Made by a program: the position numbers and the translations under genes. DNA of 64,000 bases. Source: an uncultured Methanosarcinales archaeon. GTDB taxonomy: Archaea > Nanobdellota > Nanobdellia > Woesearchaeales > GW2011-AR15. The notes beneath the pieces are model-generated. The model was not told the DNA's origin, did no database searches, and saw only the letters and a list, made by a program, of their open reading frames with translations. Numbering within the stretch: position 1 is the stretch's first letter; each line of letters begins with the position of its first letter. Shown in pieces: positions 45,919 to 56,517 of the stretch. The DNA lies in the NCBI GenBank assembly GCA_964512765.1, contig CAZEKF010000006.1, positions 2,747 to 66,746 on the forward strand, given 5' to 3'.

Positions 45919-48738
45919 GTGATCAAAATTAAAAAGATTCAACAAAAATGGACAAAAAAATGGCAAGATAGTAAATTGTTTGAAGCAACTCCTGATAAAA
46001 ATAAAAAAAAGTATTTTCTAACTTTCCCGTATCCTTACATTAATTTGTATCCTCACATTGGACATTTTTTTTCGTCAATGAGAGTGGAAATAGTTGCAAG
46101 ATATAAACGAATGCGCGGATTTAATGTGTTATTTCCTCAGGCATGGCATATTACCGGAAGTCCAATTGCTAATGCAGCAAGAAGAGTTCAAGAAGGTGAA
46201 AAAAAGCAGTTAAAAATTTTAAAAGAAACAGGGTTCAGTGAAAAAGAAATCCCTAAATTTAAAGAACCCATGCACTGGGTAAATGTTTTTTCAAAAGCAT
46301 GGAAAAAAGATTTGTCAGAAATGGGATATTCAATTGACTGGAGACGGAATTTCGTTACTACAGATATTAACCCTACTTATGATGCTTTTATTAGATGGCA
46401 GTTCAGAACTTTAAGAAAAAAAGGTTATGTTGACAAAGGAAAACATCCTGTTGTATGGTGCAAAAAATGTAACAATCCTGTCGGGGATCATTCTAGAGTT
46501 AGTGGAGAAGGAGAGACTCCAATGGACTTTATTTGGGGTAAATATAGAATGGAGAATTCTGATTTAATTTTAATGGCAGGAACTACCAGGCCAGATGCTT
46601 TTTATGGTCAAACAAACTTATGGATAGATCCTAAAGGTGACTATGCCGTGGTTCAGGTTGGAGATGAAAAATGGGTTGTTGGAAGAAAAGCAGTTGATAA
46701 AATTGAAAACCAGTATAAAAAAGCTAAAATCTTGAGAAGTATTAAACCTAAGGAATTAATAGGTAAATGGGTGCACTGTCCATTATTAAATAAGAAAATT
46801 TACACTGTTGTTGCAGATTTTATTGACGCTGATATTGGCTCAGGCATTGTTTTCTCTGCTCTTGAAGATCCTGTTGATTTATATGAACTGAAAAAAATAC
46901 AGTCAAACCCAGAATTAATTAAAAAATACAATTTAGATCTTAAAGTTGTAATGGCGCTTAAACCTATTGATATAATAAAAGTGCCTGGTATGGGAAGTAA
47001 CCTTGGTGAACATATTGGTAAAGAATTCGGTATAACTTCAGCTAAACAAGTTGAAGAACTTGAAAAAGCAAAAGGCGAGCTTAACAGAAGAGTATTCAGA
47101 AAAGGTGTTATGCTTGACAATTGCGGTGTTTGTGCTGGAATGACTGTGCCAGATGCGCAAGTGTTGTTAAAAAAGAAACTTGTAAAAGAAAATGATGCTG
47201 TTATGTTTTATGAGCTTACTGGACCTGTTGTTTGCAGATGTTTAACACCCTCTGTTATAAAAATTGTTGAAGATCAATGGTTTGTCTTGTACGGAGACAA
47301 AAAATGGAAAAAAACAGCGCATAAATGTCTTGATAACATGAAATTGTATCCTGATAGAGCTAGATCTCAATTTAATTATGTACTAGACTGGCTTAATGAC
47401 TGGGCGTGTACGCGTGAATATGGCATGGGAACAAAATTACCTTGGGAAGAAAAATGGAAAATTGAATCTTTGTCAGACAGTACAATCTACATGGCGTATT
47501 ACACTATTGCGCATAAAATTAAAGATATTCCTATTGATAAACTTAACGATAATTTCTTTGATTATGTCTTATTAGGTAAAGGAGATGCAAAAAAACTTAA
47601 TGTTGATAAGAAGTTAGCTGATGAACTTAAAACAGAATTTAATTATTGGTACCCAATGGATTATCGAAGTACTGGGAAAGATCTTATCCAGAACCATATG
47701 AGTTTTTGTATTTTTGTCCACACAGCAATTTTCCCTGAAAAACATTGGCCTGTTGCGTACGGGTTAAACGGTTGGATGACAGTTGACGGTCAAAAAATGT
47801 CAAAAAGTCTTGGTAACACTATACCTATTCGTGAAATGAACACTAAATTTGGTGCTGACGCGTCAAGGTTTGCAGTGTTGTCAGGTGGCGAAGGTATGGA
47901 CGACGCAAACTGGGAAACTGACCTTGCAAAAACAATGTCTGACAAACTGCCTCAGTTAATCGCGTTTGCTAAAAAATGGTATAATAAAGGTACTGAAAAA
48001 GAAAGAACTATTGATAAATGGATGTTATCACAACTTAACCAAGTGATTAAAGATACAACAGAATTAATGGAAAATAACTTGTTCAGAAGCGCTCTTCAGA
48101 AATCATACTTTGAATTGCAAAGATCTGTTAAATGGTACATGAGACGAACAATCGATAATCCAAATAAAAAAGTTATGAAGAAAATAATTGAAACTCAAGC
48201 TTTACTATTAGCACCAATCACACCATTTACTTGCGAAGAAATCTGGGAACTAATTGGTAAGAAAGGTTTTATATCAACAGCTGAATGGCCAAAAGCTAGT
48301 AAAGTGGTCAAAGATAGGAGTGAAGATATTATCAGAGACACAATGGAAGATATCCATTCTGTTTTAAATCTTTTAAAGATCAAGAAACCAAAGAAAATTG
48401 CGTTGTTTGTTGCTGATAAATGGAAGTACGACCTGTACAAAATATTAAAGAAAAAGCTTGAGAAAACACGTGATTTCAAAGAAATAATGAGCGAAGTCAT
48501 GAAAAACAGTGAAATGAAGAGATATGCTAAAGATATAACAAAAATCATACAAAAAGTTGTTAAATCTGGTATTGATGATTGTTCAACTCAAAGTGAGGAG
48601 TGTGATGTTCTTAAACAAAGCATTGATTTTTTCAAAAACGATTTCAAAGCAGAGATAAGTGTTGAAAAAGCTGAAAATAGTAAAGAAAATAAAGCAAGGA
48701 AAGCGTTGCCTGGAAAAGTTGCGATATTGGTTGAATAG
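45919..48738 (+). CDS. leuS: Leucine--tRNA ligase (archaeal type)
   Basis: HIGH-type motif PHIGH, KMSKS, and CP1 editing domain length. GTG start. Confidence 0.95.
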   Translation: MIKIKKIQQKWTKKWQDSKLFEATPDKNKKKYFLTFPYPYINLYPHIGHFFSSMRVEIVARYKRMRGFNVLFPQAWHITGSPIANAARRVQEGEKKQLKILKETGFSEKEIPKFKEPMHWVNVFSKAWKKDLSEMGYSIDWRRNFVTTDINPTYDAFIRWQFRTLRKKGYVDKGKHPVVWCKKCNNPVGDHSRVSGEGETPMDFIWGKYRMENSDLILMAGTTRPDAFYGQTNLWIDPKGDYAVVQVGDEKWVVGRKAVDKIENQYKKAKILRSIKPKELIGKWVHCPLLNKKIYTVVADFIDADIGSGIVFSALEDPVDLYELKKIQSNPELIKKYNLDLKVVMALKPIDIIKVPGMGSNLGEHIGKEFGITSAKQVEELEKAKGELNRRVFRKGVMLDNCGVCAGMTVPDAQVLLKKKLVKENDAVMFYELTGPVVCRCLTPSVIKIVEDQWFVLYGDKKWKKTAHKCLDNMKLYPDRARSQFNYVLDWLNDWACTREYGMGTKLPWEEKWKIESLSDSTIYMAYYTIAHKIKDIPIDKLNDNFFDYVLLGKGDAKKLNVDKKLADELKTEFNYWYPMDYRSTGKDLIQNHMSFCIFVHTAIFPEKHWPVAYGLNGWMTVDGQKMSKSLGNTIPIREMNTKFGADASRFAVLSGGEGMDDANWETDLAKTMSDKLPQLIAFAKKWYNKGTEKERTIDKWMLSQLNQVIKDTTELMENNLFRSALQKSYFELQRSVKWYMRRTIDNPNKKVMKKIIETQALLLAPITPFTCEEIWELIGKKGFISTAEWPKASKVVKDRSEDIIRDTMEDIHSVLNLLKIKKPKKIALFVADKWKYDLYKILKKKLEKTRDFKEIMSEVMKNSEMKRYAKDITKIIQKVVKSGIDDCSTQSEECDVLKQSIDFFKNDFKAEISVEKAENSKENKARKALPGKVAILVE

Positions 48739-48747
48739 GTGTGTACA

Positions 48748-49113
48748 ATGGAAATAGAAAAAGTTAATGTTAATGAAAAACTAAGTCTGTTCAGTGAATA
48801 CTGGACACCTAAGATAATCGGTGAATTGAACGATTGCATTGTTGAAGTTGCAAAATGTAAAGGAGAACTTCCATGGCACCATCATGACGATGAAGATGAA
48901 ATGTTTCTGGTTGTTAAAGGAGAGTTTATAGTGAGGTTTCAAGATAAAGAATTACGTCTTCAAGAAGGAGAATGTGCGTTTGTTCCTAGAGGTGTCGAAC
49001 ATCAAACTGCAGCTGATGAAGAAACTCATATTATTTACATTGCAAAGAAAGGTTCAGTGAACACAGGCAATGTAAAAGATGAAAAAACAGTTGAAAACCC
49101 AGAAAAAATCTAA
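48748..49113 (+). CDS. Cupin-domain protein
   Basis: WHHHDDEDEMFLVVKGEF and FVPRGVEHQ cupin motifs. AGGTG sits 6 nt before this ATG. Confidence 0.7.
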   Translation: MEIEKVNVNEKLSLFSEYWTPKIIGELNDCIVEVAKCKGELPWHHHDDEDEMFLVVKGEFIVRFQDKELRLQEGECAFVPRGVEHQTAADEETHIIYIAKKGSVNTGNVKDEKTVENPEKI

Positions 49114-49158
49114 TATTGCGATACTTTTATAAACAAAACTTTTTTCCTAGAGGATAAA

Positions 49159-49359
49159 ATGATAATACCTGTTAGATGTTATTCGTGCGGTAAGCCAATT
49201 GCACAGTTATGGGAAGAGTTTTTGGCTAAAACTAATAACAAAACACAGAATGTTAAAGAAACAATGGACGAGCTTGGTCTTGACAGGTATTGTTGCAGAG
49301 CACAGTTTTTAGGCCATGTTGATTTACTTGACACAGTTTCTTCTTTTAAAAAGAATTAA
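49159..49359 (+). CDS. rpoN: DNA-directed RNA polymerase subunit N (Rpo10)
   Basis: MIIPVRCYSCGKPIA...LGLDRYCCR. Confidence 0.9.
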   Translation: MIIPVRCYSCGKPIAQLWEEFLAKTNNKTQNVKETMDELGLDRYCCRAQFLGHVDLLDTVSSFKKN

Positions 49360-50344
49360 ACTTGCTATTCTTCATGATTATTTTATTACCTAATTTAACT
49401 TGTTTAACAATAATATTTGGCTGCATTTCTTTTGTATAAACAAAATCCTGGTGCCAGACATTAGACAACGAAACAAAATTATCTGGACTTGTTTTACCGC
49501 CTAAATGATCGCTTCTGCCTAGTGCAATGTGTAACCCTAATTTTTCATCTAATAAGGTTTTTCCGCAACTTTTAATGCCAAACTCATCTAAAACACCAAA
49601 AGCTAGTTCTGCTATGTTACCAACTACAGGATCATTCTTAATTTTTGTATATAATTCACTGTGTTTATCCTCTCCAACTATTTTGTTATTCTTTACTTCA
49701 TATATATTTAACTTACCTTTGTACTCTATTGGTAAGAATCCTTTTGTTTTACTATCTTTACTTTCATTTGAAACAATAAACGCTTCACCGCTCGGCAGGT
49801 TAATTATCTTACCTTTTTCATGGCATATCCCATCATCTTTTTTTGGAATTGAATCTGTTAAGTCAAAAAATAAGTTAAAATCTTTTCCATTAACAGTAAA
49901 AACAATTTCACACGAATCTGATTTTTCTAACAAGTCATAATAGTATTTAACTCTCTTAGCAACTTCTGTGTAATCAAGTTCAAGTGCAGGTATCATTTTT
50001 TTATTAAAACCTGGCATGCTAGCTCCTCTATAATTATATTTTTTAGCAAATTTCATCAACGGAGCAGTTGCTGAAAACTCTGTCAAAGCAATCACAATGT
50101 CTGTTTTAGAAAAAATAAAATCAAAGTCAACATCTTCGGGAAGGTCTGCGTTATGGGCATTGGTCGCGTTATATTTTACTAATTCTGCGTTTAATTCATT
50201 TGACCATTCATTAGCTAATTTTTTTCTAAACTCATAATCTTTGTTTGGTTTTTCTAATATATCATTAAGTATTGTTACTCTTTCACCTTGTTGGATGTTA
50301 AAAACGTCTTTAAACAATTTGTTTACATCAACCATACAAATCAA
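49346..50344 (-). CDS. Hypothetical protein, possibly aminopeptidase (M29-like)
   Basis: Weak resemblance only (LPSGEAFI, LLDEKLGLHIALG). The assignment is tentative. Confidence 0.35.
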   Translation of the reverse strand: MICMVDVNKLFKDVFNIQQGERVTILNDILEKPNKDYEFRKKLANEWSNELNAELVKYNATNAHNADLPEDVDFDFIFSKTDIVIALTEFSATAPLMKFAKKYNYRGASMPGFNKKMIPALELDYTEVAKRVKYYYDLLEKSDSCEIVFTVNGKDFNLFFDLTDSIPKKDDGICHEKGKIINLPSGEAFIVSNESKDSKTKGFLPIEYKGKLNIYEVKNNKIVGEDKHSELYTKIKNDPVVGNIAELAFGVLDEFGIKSCGKTLLDEKLGLHIALGRSDHLGGKTSPDNFVSLSNVWHQDFVYTKEMQPNIIVKQVKLGNKIIMKNSKFNSF

Positions 50345-50413
50345 AAGTCACAATCAATTAATAAATTTAGCTCTTCCACAATCTTTTTATATTTGTTATC
50401 ATTCGAGAATGGT

Positions 50414-51223
50414 ATGGGGTCGCGTATTCTTTTTCTAGGCACAGGCGGGGATGGTTTTGTTATTGGTAAACAGTACAGGTCATCAGGCGGTATTATATTT
50501 AATTATGAAGAAAACCAGTTTCATATTGATCCTGGTCCAGGAGCGTTAGTAATGGCGAAGATGGCTTCTGTGAATCTAAGAGAAAACATGGCAATATTTC
50601 TATCAGGTAATGATTTGTTTAAAGCTAATGATGTTAATGCTGTTATTAGTGCGATGACGCATGACGGACTAGACAAGAGAGGAGTTCTTGTTTGCCCCTC
50701 AGCAGCTGCGTTTGACGATGATAAACAACAAAATCCGTTTCTTAACAAAAAATATAAAACATACCTTGAAAAAGTAATAACTGTTGATAACACTAACAAA
50801 CTTGGTATTAATAATATAGAAATAGCAGTTGTTGAACTTAAAAAACACGTTTCATACGGGTTTAAAATAATAACTCCAAAGTTTAACCTTGGTTATATCC
50901 CTGATACAACGTACTCTGATGAATTAGGTGTTGAGTTAAAAGATACTGATCTTCTTATTCTAAACGTAAAAGAACCTAGAGCGTCCAATGAAAAAGGTTG
51001 TTTAAACAGTACAGACGCTGAAAAAATCATTAAAAAAGCCTCGCCTCAGCTAGCAATCATAACGGGATTTGGTACTAAGATGTTGCAAGCAGATCCATTG
51101 TATGAAGCAAGGGAAATACAAAAATATTCTGGTATACAAATCATTGCTGCTAAAGATGGTATGAGCATTAACCCTGTGTCTTTTGCTGCTACTGTCAGGC
51201 AAAAAAGTTTGAAAGGATTTTAA
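50414..51223 (+). CDS. Metallo-beta-lactamase-fold-like protein (tentative)
   Basis: RILFLGTGGDG...FHIDPGPGA is an N-terminal pattern like MBL-fold proteins, but I saw no canonical HxHxDH. I moved the start to the ATG at 50414. Confidence 0.4.
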   Translation: MGSRILFLGTGGDGFVIGKQYRSSGGIIFNYEENQFHIDPGPGALVMAKMASVNLRENMAIFLSGNDLFKANDVNAVISAMTHDGLDKRGVLVCPSAAAFDDDKQQNPFLNKKYKTYLEKVITVDNTNKLGINNIEIAVVELKKHVSYGFKIITPKFNLGYIPDTTYSDELGVELKDTDLLILNVKEPRASNEKGCLNSTDAEKIIKKASPQLAIITGFGTKMLQADPLYEAREIQKYSGIQIIAAKDGMSINPVSFAATVRQKSLKGF

Positions 51224-51267
51224 TTTCTAACACAACTTTTTTAAACATAAGTTAATTTTTAAAAAAT

Positions 51268-51606
51268 ATGTTTTTTGCAACATTGGGGAAACTTGATCTG
51301 ATAACTGTACTGATTTTAATGGGCGCAGCTATCCTGCCTCATAAATTATTATTATACGCTGCCATTTACTTAATTTTAAAAGGCGGTATTTTTATATTAA
51401 TAAACAGAGATTTTGCAAGTTACGGTGACCTGTTTTCAGGTTTCTATTTACTAGTTTTATCTTTTGGATTAAAAATTCCAGTCATACACCAGATAGTGTT
51501 TTTTTGGTTGTTACAAAAAACAATCTTAACTTTTGTAGCAATAGGTATTCATTTATTCTTATTTTACCAAAATCATAAAGAAAGTTTTCCTGAATTTATG
51601 AGATAA
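51268..51606 (+). CDS. Small membrane protein
   Basis: Three to four hydrophobic helices; no family recognised. Confidence 0.5.
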   Translation: MFFATLGKLDLITVLILMGAAILPHKLLLYAAIYLILKGGIFILINRDFASYGDLFSGFYLLVLSFGLKIPVIHQIVFFWLLQKTILTFVAIGIHLFLFYQNHKESFPEFMR

Positions 51607-51706
51607 GACAATTACAATTTGGTTAAAATTGTAAACTCGTAAATTCAATTTTTTCTGATTGAATTTACGATAAATTATTTATACTATTTATTCTTTGAAG
51701 AAAAAT

Positions 51707-52654
51707 ATGAAACAGGTCTTAGCATTAGACATTGGAGGTACTAATTCAAGGATTGCTTTGATAGAAGTAACAAACAAGCCAGTAATTAAACAAAAAAAAG
51801 CTTTTCTGACAAAAGATGTTAAAAACATTTCTTCAATAATTAACAAGTTTAACAAAAACATTGATACTGGATGCATTGGTTTTGCTGGGCCAATTACAGG
51901 CAATAAAGCCAAATTAACAAATGCTAATTTAACCATTGATATTAACAAAATAAAAAAACAAACCAAACTAAAGAACATAACCTTGATCAATGATTTTCAA
52001 GCAAACGGATATGGTGTCCAATATTTAAAAAGCAAAGATCTTTTTGTTTTAAACAAAGGCAATAAATCAAAAAATAAAGTTATAATGGCAACTGGTCCTG
52101 GCACAGGGTTGGGTAAATCAATAGTAATAAACAACAAAGTATATCCTTGTGAGCCTGGCTGGACAACGTTCGGCATTGAAGATATTGAAGATTATGCATT
52201 ACTTGATTACCTACACGGTAAATATCCAAGAACTGTATATTGTGAAGATGTTTTATCAGGAAGAGGTATTATAAACATTTACAATCATCTTGCAATAAAA
52301 TCCAATCTAGAAATGAACATGAAAATTCGGAAACTGGTTAATAAAGAAAACAATCCTGAAATCATTACAAAATACAGTTCAAAAAATGATTTATGTGACA
52401 TGACTTTAAAAGAATTTACAAAGTTTTATTCAAGATATATCAGAGATTCGTGTTTACATTTACTAACCAATGAAGTATATTTAGTTGGTAGCATATCTAA
52501 CTCAATAAAACCTTATCTTCAAAAATATTTTAAAAAAGAATTCTTAAAACACGCAGTTTACAAAGACGTGCTAAAATCTGTCAAGGTTAACTTAGTTCTT
52601 ACAAAAGACCTTGGATTAATCGGTACAGGAGCAGTTGCAGCTAAATTAACATAA
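51707..52654 (+). CDS. glk: Glucokinase (Glk family)
   Basis: LALDIGGTNSRIAL and LINDFQANGYG. I placed the start at the first ATG. Confidence 0.7.
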   Translation: MKQVLALDIGGTNSRIALIEVTNKPVIKQKKAFLTKDVKNISSIINKFNKNIDTGCIGFAGPITGNKAKLTNANLTIDINKIKKQTKLKNITLINDFQANGYGVQYLKSKDLFVLNKGNKSKNKVIMATGPGTGLGKSIVINNKVYPCEPGWTTFGIEDIEDYALLDYLHGKYPRTVYCEDVLSGRGIINIYNHLAIKSNLEMNMKIRKLVNKENNPEIITKYSSKNDLCDMTLKEFTKFYSRYIRDSCLHLLTNEVYLVGSISNSIKPYLQKYFKKEFLKHAVYKDVLKSVKVNLVLTKDLGLIGTGAVAAKLT

Positions 52655-53546
52655 CTATTCCATAGCCTAATAAACAACCTGCTGTTAAAAAAGGCATAGC
52701 AGGATAAAATTTTCCTTTCTCGCTTTTAATAAACAAAACTGTAAGTGCAACACCTGCAAATAATGAAATAATTAAAGTTTGGAAAAATGCTAGTTCTTTA
52801 GTTAACCCAGACTTAATTAAGAAAGTCATGACACTACCCGCGAACATTAACGGAAACGCAATATCGCCGCCGCCAAGGATTGCAGACTGTACTTTTTTTC
52901 CTTCCATACCTTTTGGAATTTTAAGCTTAATCTTTCCAGCTTTCTTAGATTTTGTGTATGGTATTAACAATCCAGCAAACAGTTTATTGTCTGCTTGTGC
53001 TTTTGCCAAAGTAATCATGTGCTTACTTTTCCACACTGCGATTGCATCATACACAGAAATCGCAAGTAACAACATTACAGCCCAGAACACAGTAAATAAT
53101 GGCGCTATTAATATTGTTATACCTGAATAAATGAACATCTCAGACAGATTATGTATAATAGCATTTGATTTAAAATATTTTAATAAAGTGACTGCTAGTG
53201 AAATTATAATTGCTAAAATATCATTAACAACAACTGATAATGCAATAACCAAAGCACTCCAGATAGCTAAAAAAAACCATACTTTCCAAACACTGAATAA
53301 TCTAAATTTAATCAGTAACAATAATATTATTGTGCCAAAAAAAATCATCATAAGAATATAATTAAAAGACTCTTGTCCTTCTAATTCTGGTCTACCTGTG
53401 ATAGGTTCTTCATACGCAACTTCAATAACACCATCTTCTGTTGTTTCAATAGTTTCTATACTCTGGTTCAACAAATATAAACCAATAACCTGTGCAGTGA
53501 AAAACATTATAATTAGGTAGAATGTAACTTTTACATTATGTTTCAT
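52641..53546 (-). CDS. Presenilin/signal-peptide-peptidase homolog (A22 family intramembrane aspartyl protease)
   Basis: YD motif (ISVYDAIAVW), GxGD motif (LGGGDIAFP), and a PAL-like YPAMPF near the C-terminus. Polytopic. Confidence 0.8.
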   Translation of the reverse strand: MKHNVKVTFYLIIMFFTAQVIGLYLLNQSIETIETTEDGVIEVAYEEPITGRPELEGQESFNYILMMIFFGTIILLLLIKFRLFSVWKVWFFLAIWSALVIALSVVVNDILAIIISLAVTLLKYFKSNAIIHNLSEMFIYSGITILIAPLFTVFWAVMLLLAISVYDAIAVWKSKHMITLAKAQADNKLFAGLLIPYTKSKKAGKIKLKIPKGMEGKKVQSAILGGGDIAFPLMFAGSVMTFLIKSGLTKELAFFQTLIISLFAGVALTVLFIKSEKGKFYPAMPFLTAGCLLGYGIVMLI

Positions 53547-53623
53547 AAAAACAACTAAGTATGCTGGGGTTTTTAATGGTTTTGGATAAATTTTAATATT
53601 TTAATAACAATTACTTGATTATA

Positions 53624-54871
53624 ATGAAACTTTTAATGGTTGTAGATGGTACATATCTGCCTAAAATGGATGGCATTGTTGTTTCAATTACTAATGCTGT
53701 TAAATATTTGACAGAGAACGGTCACGAAATTGTAATTGTAGCTCCTAAATATAAAGATTATGAAGACGAAAAACAAAAAAATATTACAATATACAGATTC
53801 AAATCATTTTCAGCACCATCATATCCTGAAGTAAGAATTCCTATACCTAACTTAAGAAAATTTAGAAAAATTGTAAAAGCATTCCACCCAGATATTATAC
53901 ATACACACACACCTGCTACGTTAGGTATAATGGCACTAATTTGTGCCAGACAGTACAACATTCCTATTATTTCTACATATCACACATCCTTCCCGGACAT
54001 GTTGGTATATATCTCCCCAATTAAACTACTGAAACTTGATAAAGTTCTTGATAAATTATCTGATAAATCTGGAAAGATTGATTTGGTTGAAGTTCAAAAT
54101 AAAGTTAAAGAGTTTGTCATGAAATCAAAAATTACACAAAAACATGAAGAACTTTCAAGGAAAACTGTTTTAAAAATCACTAACCAATTTTATAACAGAC
54201 ACGACCTTGTAATTGCGCCATCAAAAAGAATAGAACAGGATTTATTAACGCATGATCTTAAAGCAAAAACTGTCGTAATTTCTAATGGTATACATATTGA
54301 TAAATTTACAAAAAAAAAATCTTATAACAAATTTCCTAGATTTTTACATGTCGGGAGGGTTGCTTTTGAAAAAAAAATTGACGTTGTTATTGATGCTATG
54401 AATATAGTATCTAAAAGATATCCTAAATCCATATTAACTATTACTGGGGATGGTCCTGCATTAACCAGTTTGAAAAAACAAGTTGTTAAATCAAGTTTAA
54501 GAAAAAATATAATTTTTACTGGGTTTATACAACGAGACAAACTACCTAAAATATACAGAGACCACGACGTTTTCATAACAGCCTCAGAAATGGAAACACA
54601 AGGTCTTGTTTTGTTAGAGGCAATGGCATCTGGATTGCCTGTTATTGGTGTGGATGTTCTAGCAATACCTGAAGTTGTGCATGATAATAAAACAGGTTAT
54701 TTAGTCGAAAAGCGAGATAGTGTTGAAATTGCAAAGAAAATGATTGAATTAATCCATAATCCAGAGTTAGTTGAAAAAATGGGTAAAAACGCTAGAAAAA
54801 AATCAGAAGAACACGATGTTAATCTGTGTGCTAAAAAATTAGAAAAAACCTATTTTTTGCTGAAAAAATAA
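53624..54871 (+). CDS. Glycosyltransferase family 4 (GT-B)
   Basis: N-terminal DG...V..L...GHEV pattern, and a C-terminal E(x7)E region (ETQGLVLLEAMASGLPVI). Confidence 0.85.
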   Translation: MKLLMVVDGTYLPKMDGIVVSITNAVKYLTENGHEIVIVAPKYKDYEDEKQKNITIYRFKSFSAPSYPEVRIPIPNLRKFRKIVKAFHPDIIHTHTPATLGIMALICARQYNIPIISTYHTSFPDMLVYISPIKLLKLDKVLDKLSDKSGKIDLVEVQNKVKEFVMKSKITQKHEELSRKTVLKITNQFYNRHDLVIAPSKRIEQDLLTHDLKAKTVVISNGIHIDKFTKKKSYNKFPRFLHVGRVAFEKKIDVVIDAMNIVSKRYPKSILTITGDGPALTSLKKQVVKSSLRKNIIFTGFIQRDKLPKIYRDHDVFITASEMETQGLVLLEAMASGLPVIGVDVLAIPEVVHDNKTGYLVEKRDSVEIAKKMIELIHNPELVEKMGKNARKKSEEHDVNLCAKKLEKTYFLLKK

Positions 54872-55689
54872 TGTATTGGAAATAAAACCTTCTTTAAAAT
54901 TGATATTACCAGCTTAATTTTATTTTTATTTTTACCATATCCAAAGTCGGCTATTGGTCTATAAAATGAAAATCCTCCTGCGTTATGAACAATAGGTATT
55001 TTTTCACCAGATTTTTTATAATAAAATACACCGTCTTTAATTCGAATTTTCTTTTTTGCTGTCTGGACCACAAAATTATATCCATTATCCATCTCATGAA
55101 ATCCGTCTCTGTACAATAAATAGTTAATCGCAATTTGTTCTGGTCCGAACTTATCTTTTGCTTTAATCATATCATAACATTCTTTAGCCATTTTCTTAAA
55201 TTTAATAGAGGGCCCTAGAAGAACACCTACATTGATCATTTTGGTTTTTTTAATAATTTCTTTGATTTTTGGTTCGTATTTTGTATAAAAAGAATTTTTC
55301 ATTAACACTTCTTCAAATCCAAGATTGTAATCTTCGCAAGCAGCTCTTATCTTTATTTTGTTCTTCTCAAAAATAGGGCTTATATCTGTCTGAAAGATTA
55401 AATCACCTCCGTCTGTAACCATGACTTGATCATATTTGTTTTTGTTAAGAAAATCAACAACATCTCTAAATCTAATATTATTCACACGGTAAACTTTTTG
55501 ATATTTTTTTACTATAATCTTTTTCTTTTTTAGTTCAGTTACCTGTTCTTTTCTTAAACCATAGTCAAAAATAACAACATCAATATTTTCTAAGTTAACA
55601 TTATCCTGCAATGATTTCAGCCAATGATTAACAACAAAATCTTCAAATTTTTCATCTGTTGTTGTGATAATAACGTGTTTCTTAGGCAT
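54850..55689 (-). CDS. Putative nucleotide-diphospho-sugar transferase (GT-A-like)
   Basis: The N-terminus HVIITTTDEKF and VTDGGDLIF are reminiscent of GT-A/GT8-like enzymes. I placed the start at MPKKHV. Tentative. Confidence 0.45.
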   Translation of the reverse strand: MPKKHVIITTTDEKFEDFVVNHWLKSLQDNVNLENIDVVIFDYGLRKEQVTELKKKKIIVKKYQKVYRVNNIRFRDVVDFLNKNKYDQVMVTDGGDLIFQTDISPIFEKNKIKIRAACEDYNLGFEEVLMKNSFYTKYEPKIKEIIKKTKMINVGVLLGPSIKFKKMAKECYDMIKAKDKFGPEQIAINYLLYRDGFHEMDNGYNFVVQTAKKKIRIKDGVFYYKKSGEKIPIVHNAGGFSFYRPIADFGYGKNKNKIKLVISILKKVLFPIHYFFSKK

Positions 55690-55732
55690 TACATATATAA
55701 TTTTAAATACACTTAATAAATCTTTTCTATAT

Positions 55733-56182
55733 ATGAAACTGGCACATAACATTGAAATGCGTGTTTTTTGTAAAGAAAGTGATAATGAAAAATGGATAGT
55801 TAAGAAAATCAAAGAATTGTTTCCGTTTGACTTTGCCAAGGAAAAGGTTGAGTTTAAATCAAAAATAAGTTATGGGTTTGAAGATAATAAAATTAAGGTT
55901 TACACTGTCTTTGCAAAAAAGCAAAGACAGACAACTGAAGTTCTTAAAAATTTTATGAAGAATTTGAACAAAGAACAAAAAGATTTATTGTTAAAACAAA
56001 TAAATAGCAGGTTAGATGAGTCATTACATTTCTACATAAGATTAGACAAAGATAAATTACTTGAAAACGAGTATTATATAACAGATTCAGGTAATTGTTT
56101 TCATTTTAAGATTTGTATAGCTGCATACCCTCATAAAAGAGATGTAGCTATTGAAATAGTTAAACAAATCGTTAATATGTAG
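55733..56182 (+). CDS. DUF54/COG1931-type predicted RNA-binding (exosome-associated) protein
   Basis: AHNIEMRVFCKESDNEKW is the N-terminal pattern of this family. The length of about 150 aa fits. Confidence 0.55.
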   Translation: MKLAHNIEMRVFCKESDNEKWIVKKIKELFPFDFAKEKVEFKSKISYGFEDNKIKVYTVFAKKQRQTTEVLKNFMKNLNKEQKDLLLKQINSRLDESLHFYIRLDKDKLLENEYYITDSGNCFHFKICIAAYPHKRDVAIEIVKQIVNM

Positions 56183-56344
56183 CAACATTTTTATATAAAT
56201 TCATTATTCTTATCCAACTATGCAAGAAAAAAGTGATTTAGGCTGGCACTTGTAAATTAGTTCTTAATAGTTTTATTTATATAAAAAAAGACATATTGTT
56301 TGGTGGTTGGCAATATTAGATTATAATTTTTTTAATTTAACTTA

Positions 56345-56420
56345 TTAGGGGAGTCCTAAAAAAGGTGAAACCTTTTTGGGACACCAAAAATCTCCTTGAG
56401 ATTTTTTCGTGTTCCCCTAA
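56345..56420 (+). ncRNA. Y-shaped structured element (closing stem plus two A/T-flanked hairpins): sRNA or compound terminator
   Basis: TTAGGGGA (56345-52) pairs with TCCCCTAA (56413-20). Hairpin 1 spans 56353-56382 (about 12 bp, loop TGAAA). Hairpin 2 is AAAAATCTC-CTT-GAGATTTTT (56386-56406). Confidence 0.3.
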
Positions 56421-56483
56421 ATCCCCCGATTATTAAAAAAATAGCGATAGCTCTTTTATATTCTGTAAAATATATATCAAAAA

Positions 56484-56495
56484 CTATATAAATAA
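56484..56495 (+). promoter_or_regulatory. TATA-box-like element upstream of the Trp-rich mini-ORF
   Basis: CTATATAAATAA is centred about 29 nt upstream of the ATG at 56518, a spacing expected for a leaderless archaeal transcript. Confidence 0.35.
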
Positions 56496-56517
56496 CTACA
56501 ATATTCCTAACTAAATC

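Noticed and set aside
56295-56346. A second TGG-rich tract (GTT TGG TGG TTG GCA, 56298-56312) about 200 nt upstream of the Trp mini-ORF.
   Set aside because: The frame containing the two TGG codons has no ATG between the upstream stop (56268-70) and the Trp codons, and it runs into a T7 tract. It is not a credible ORF. I mention it only as possibly related sequence.
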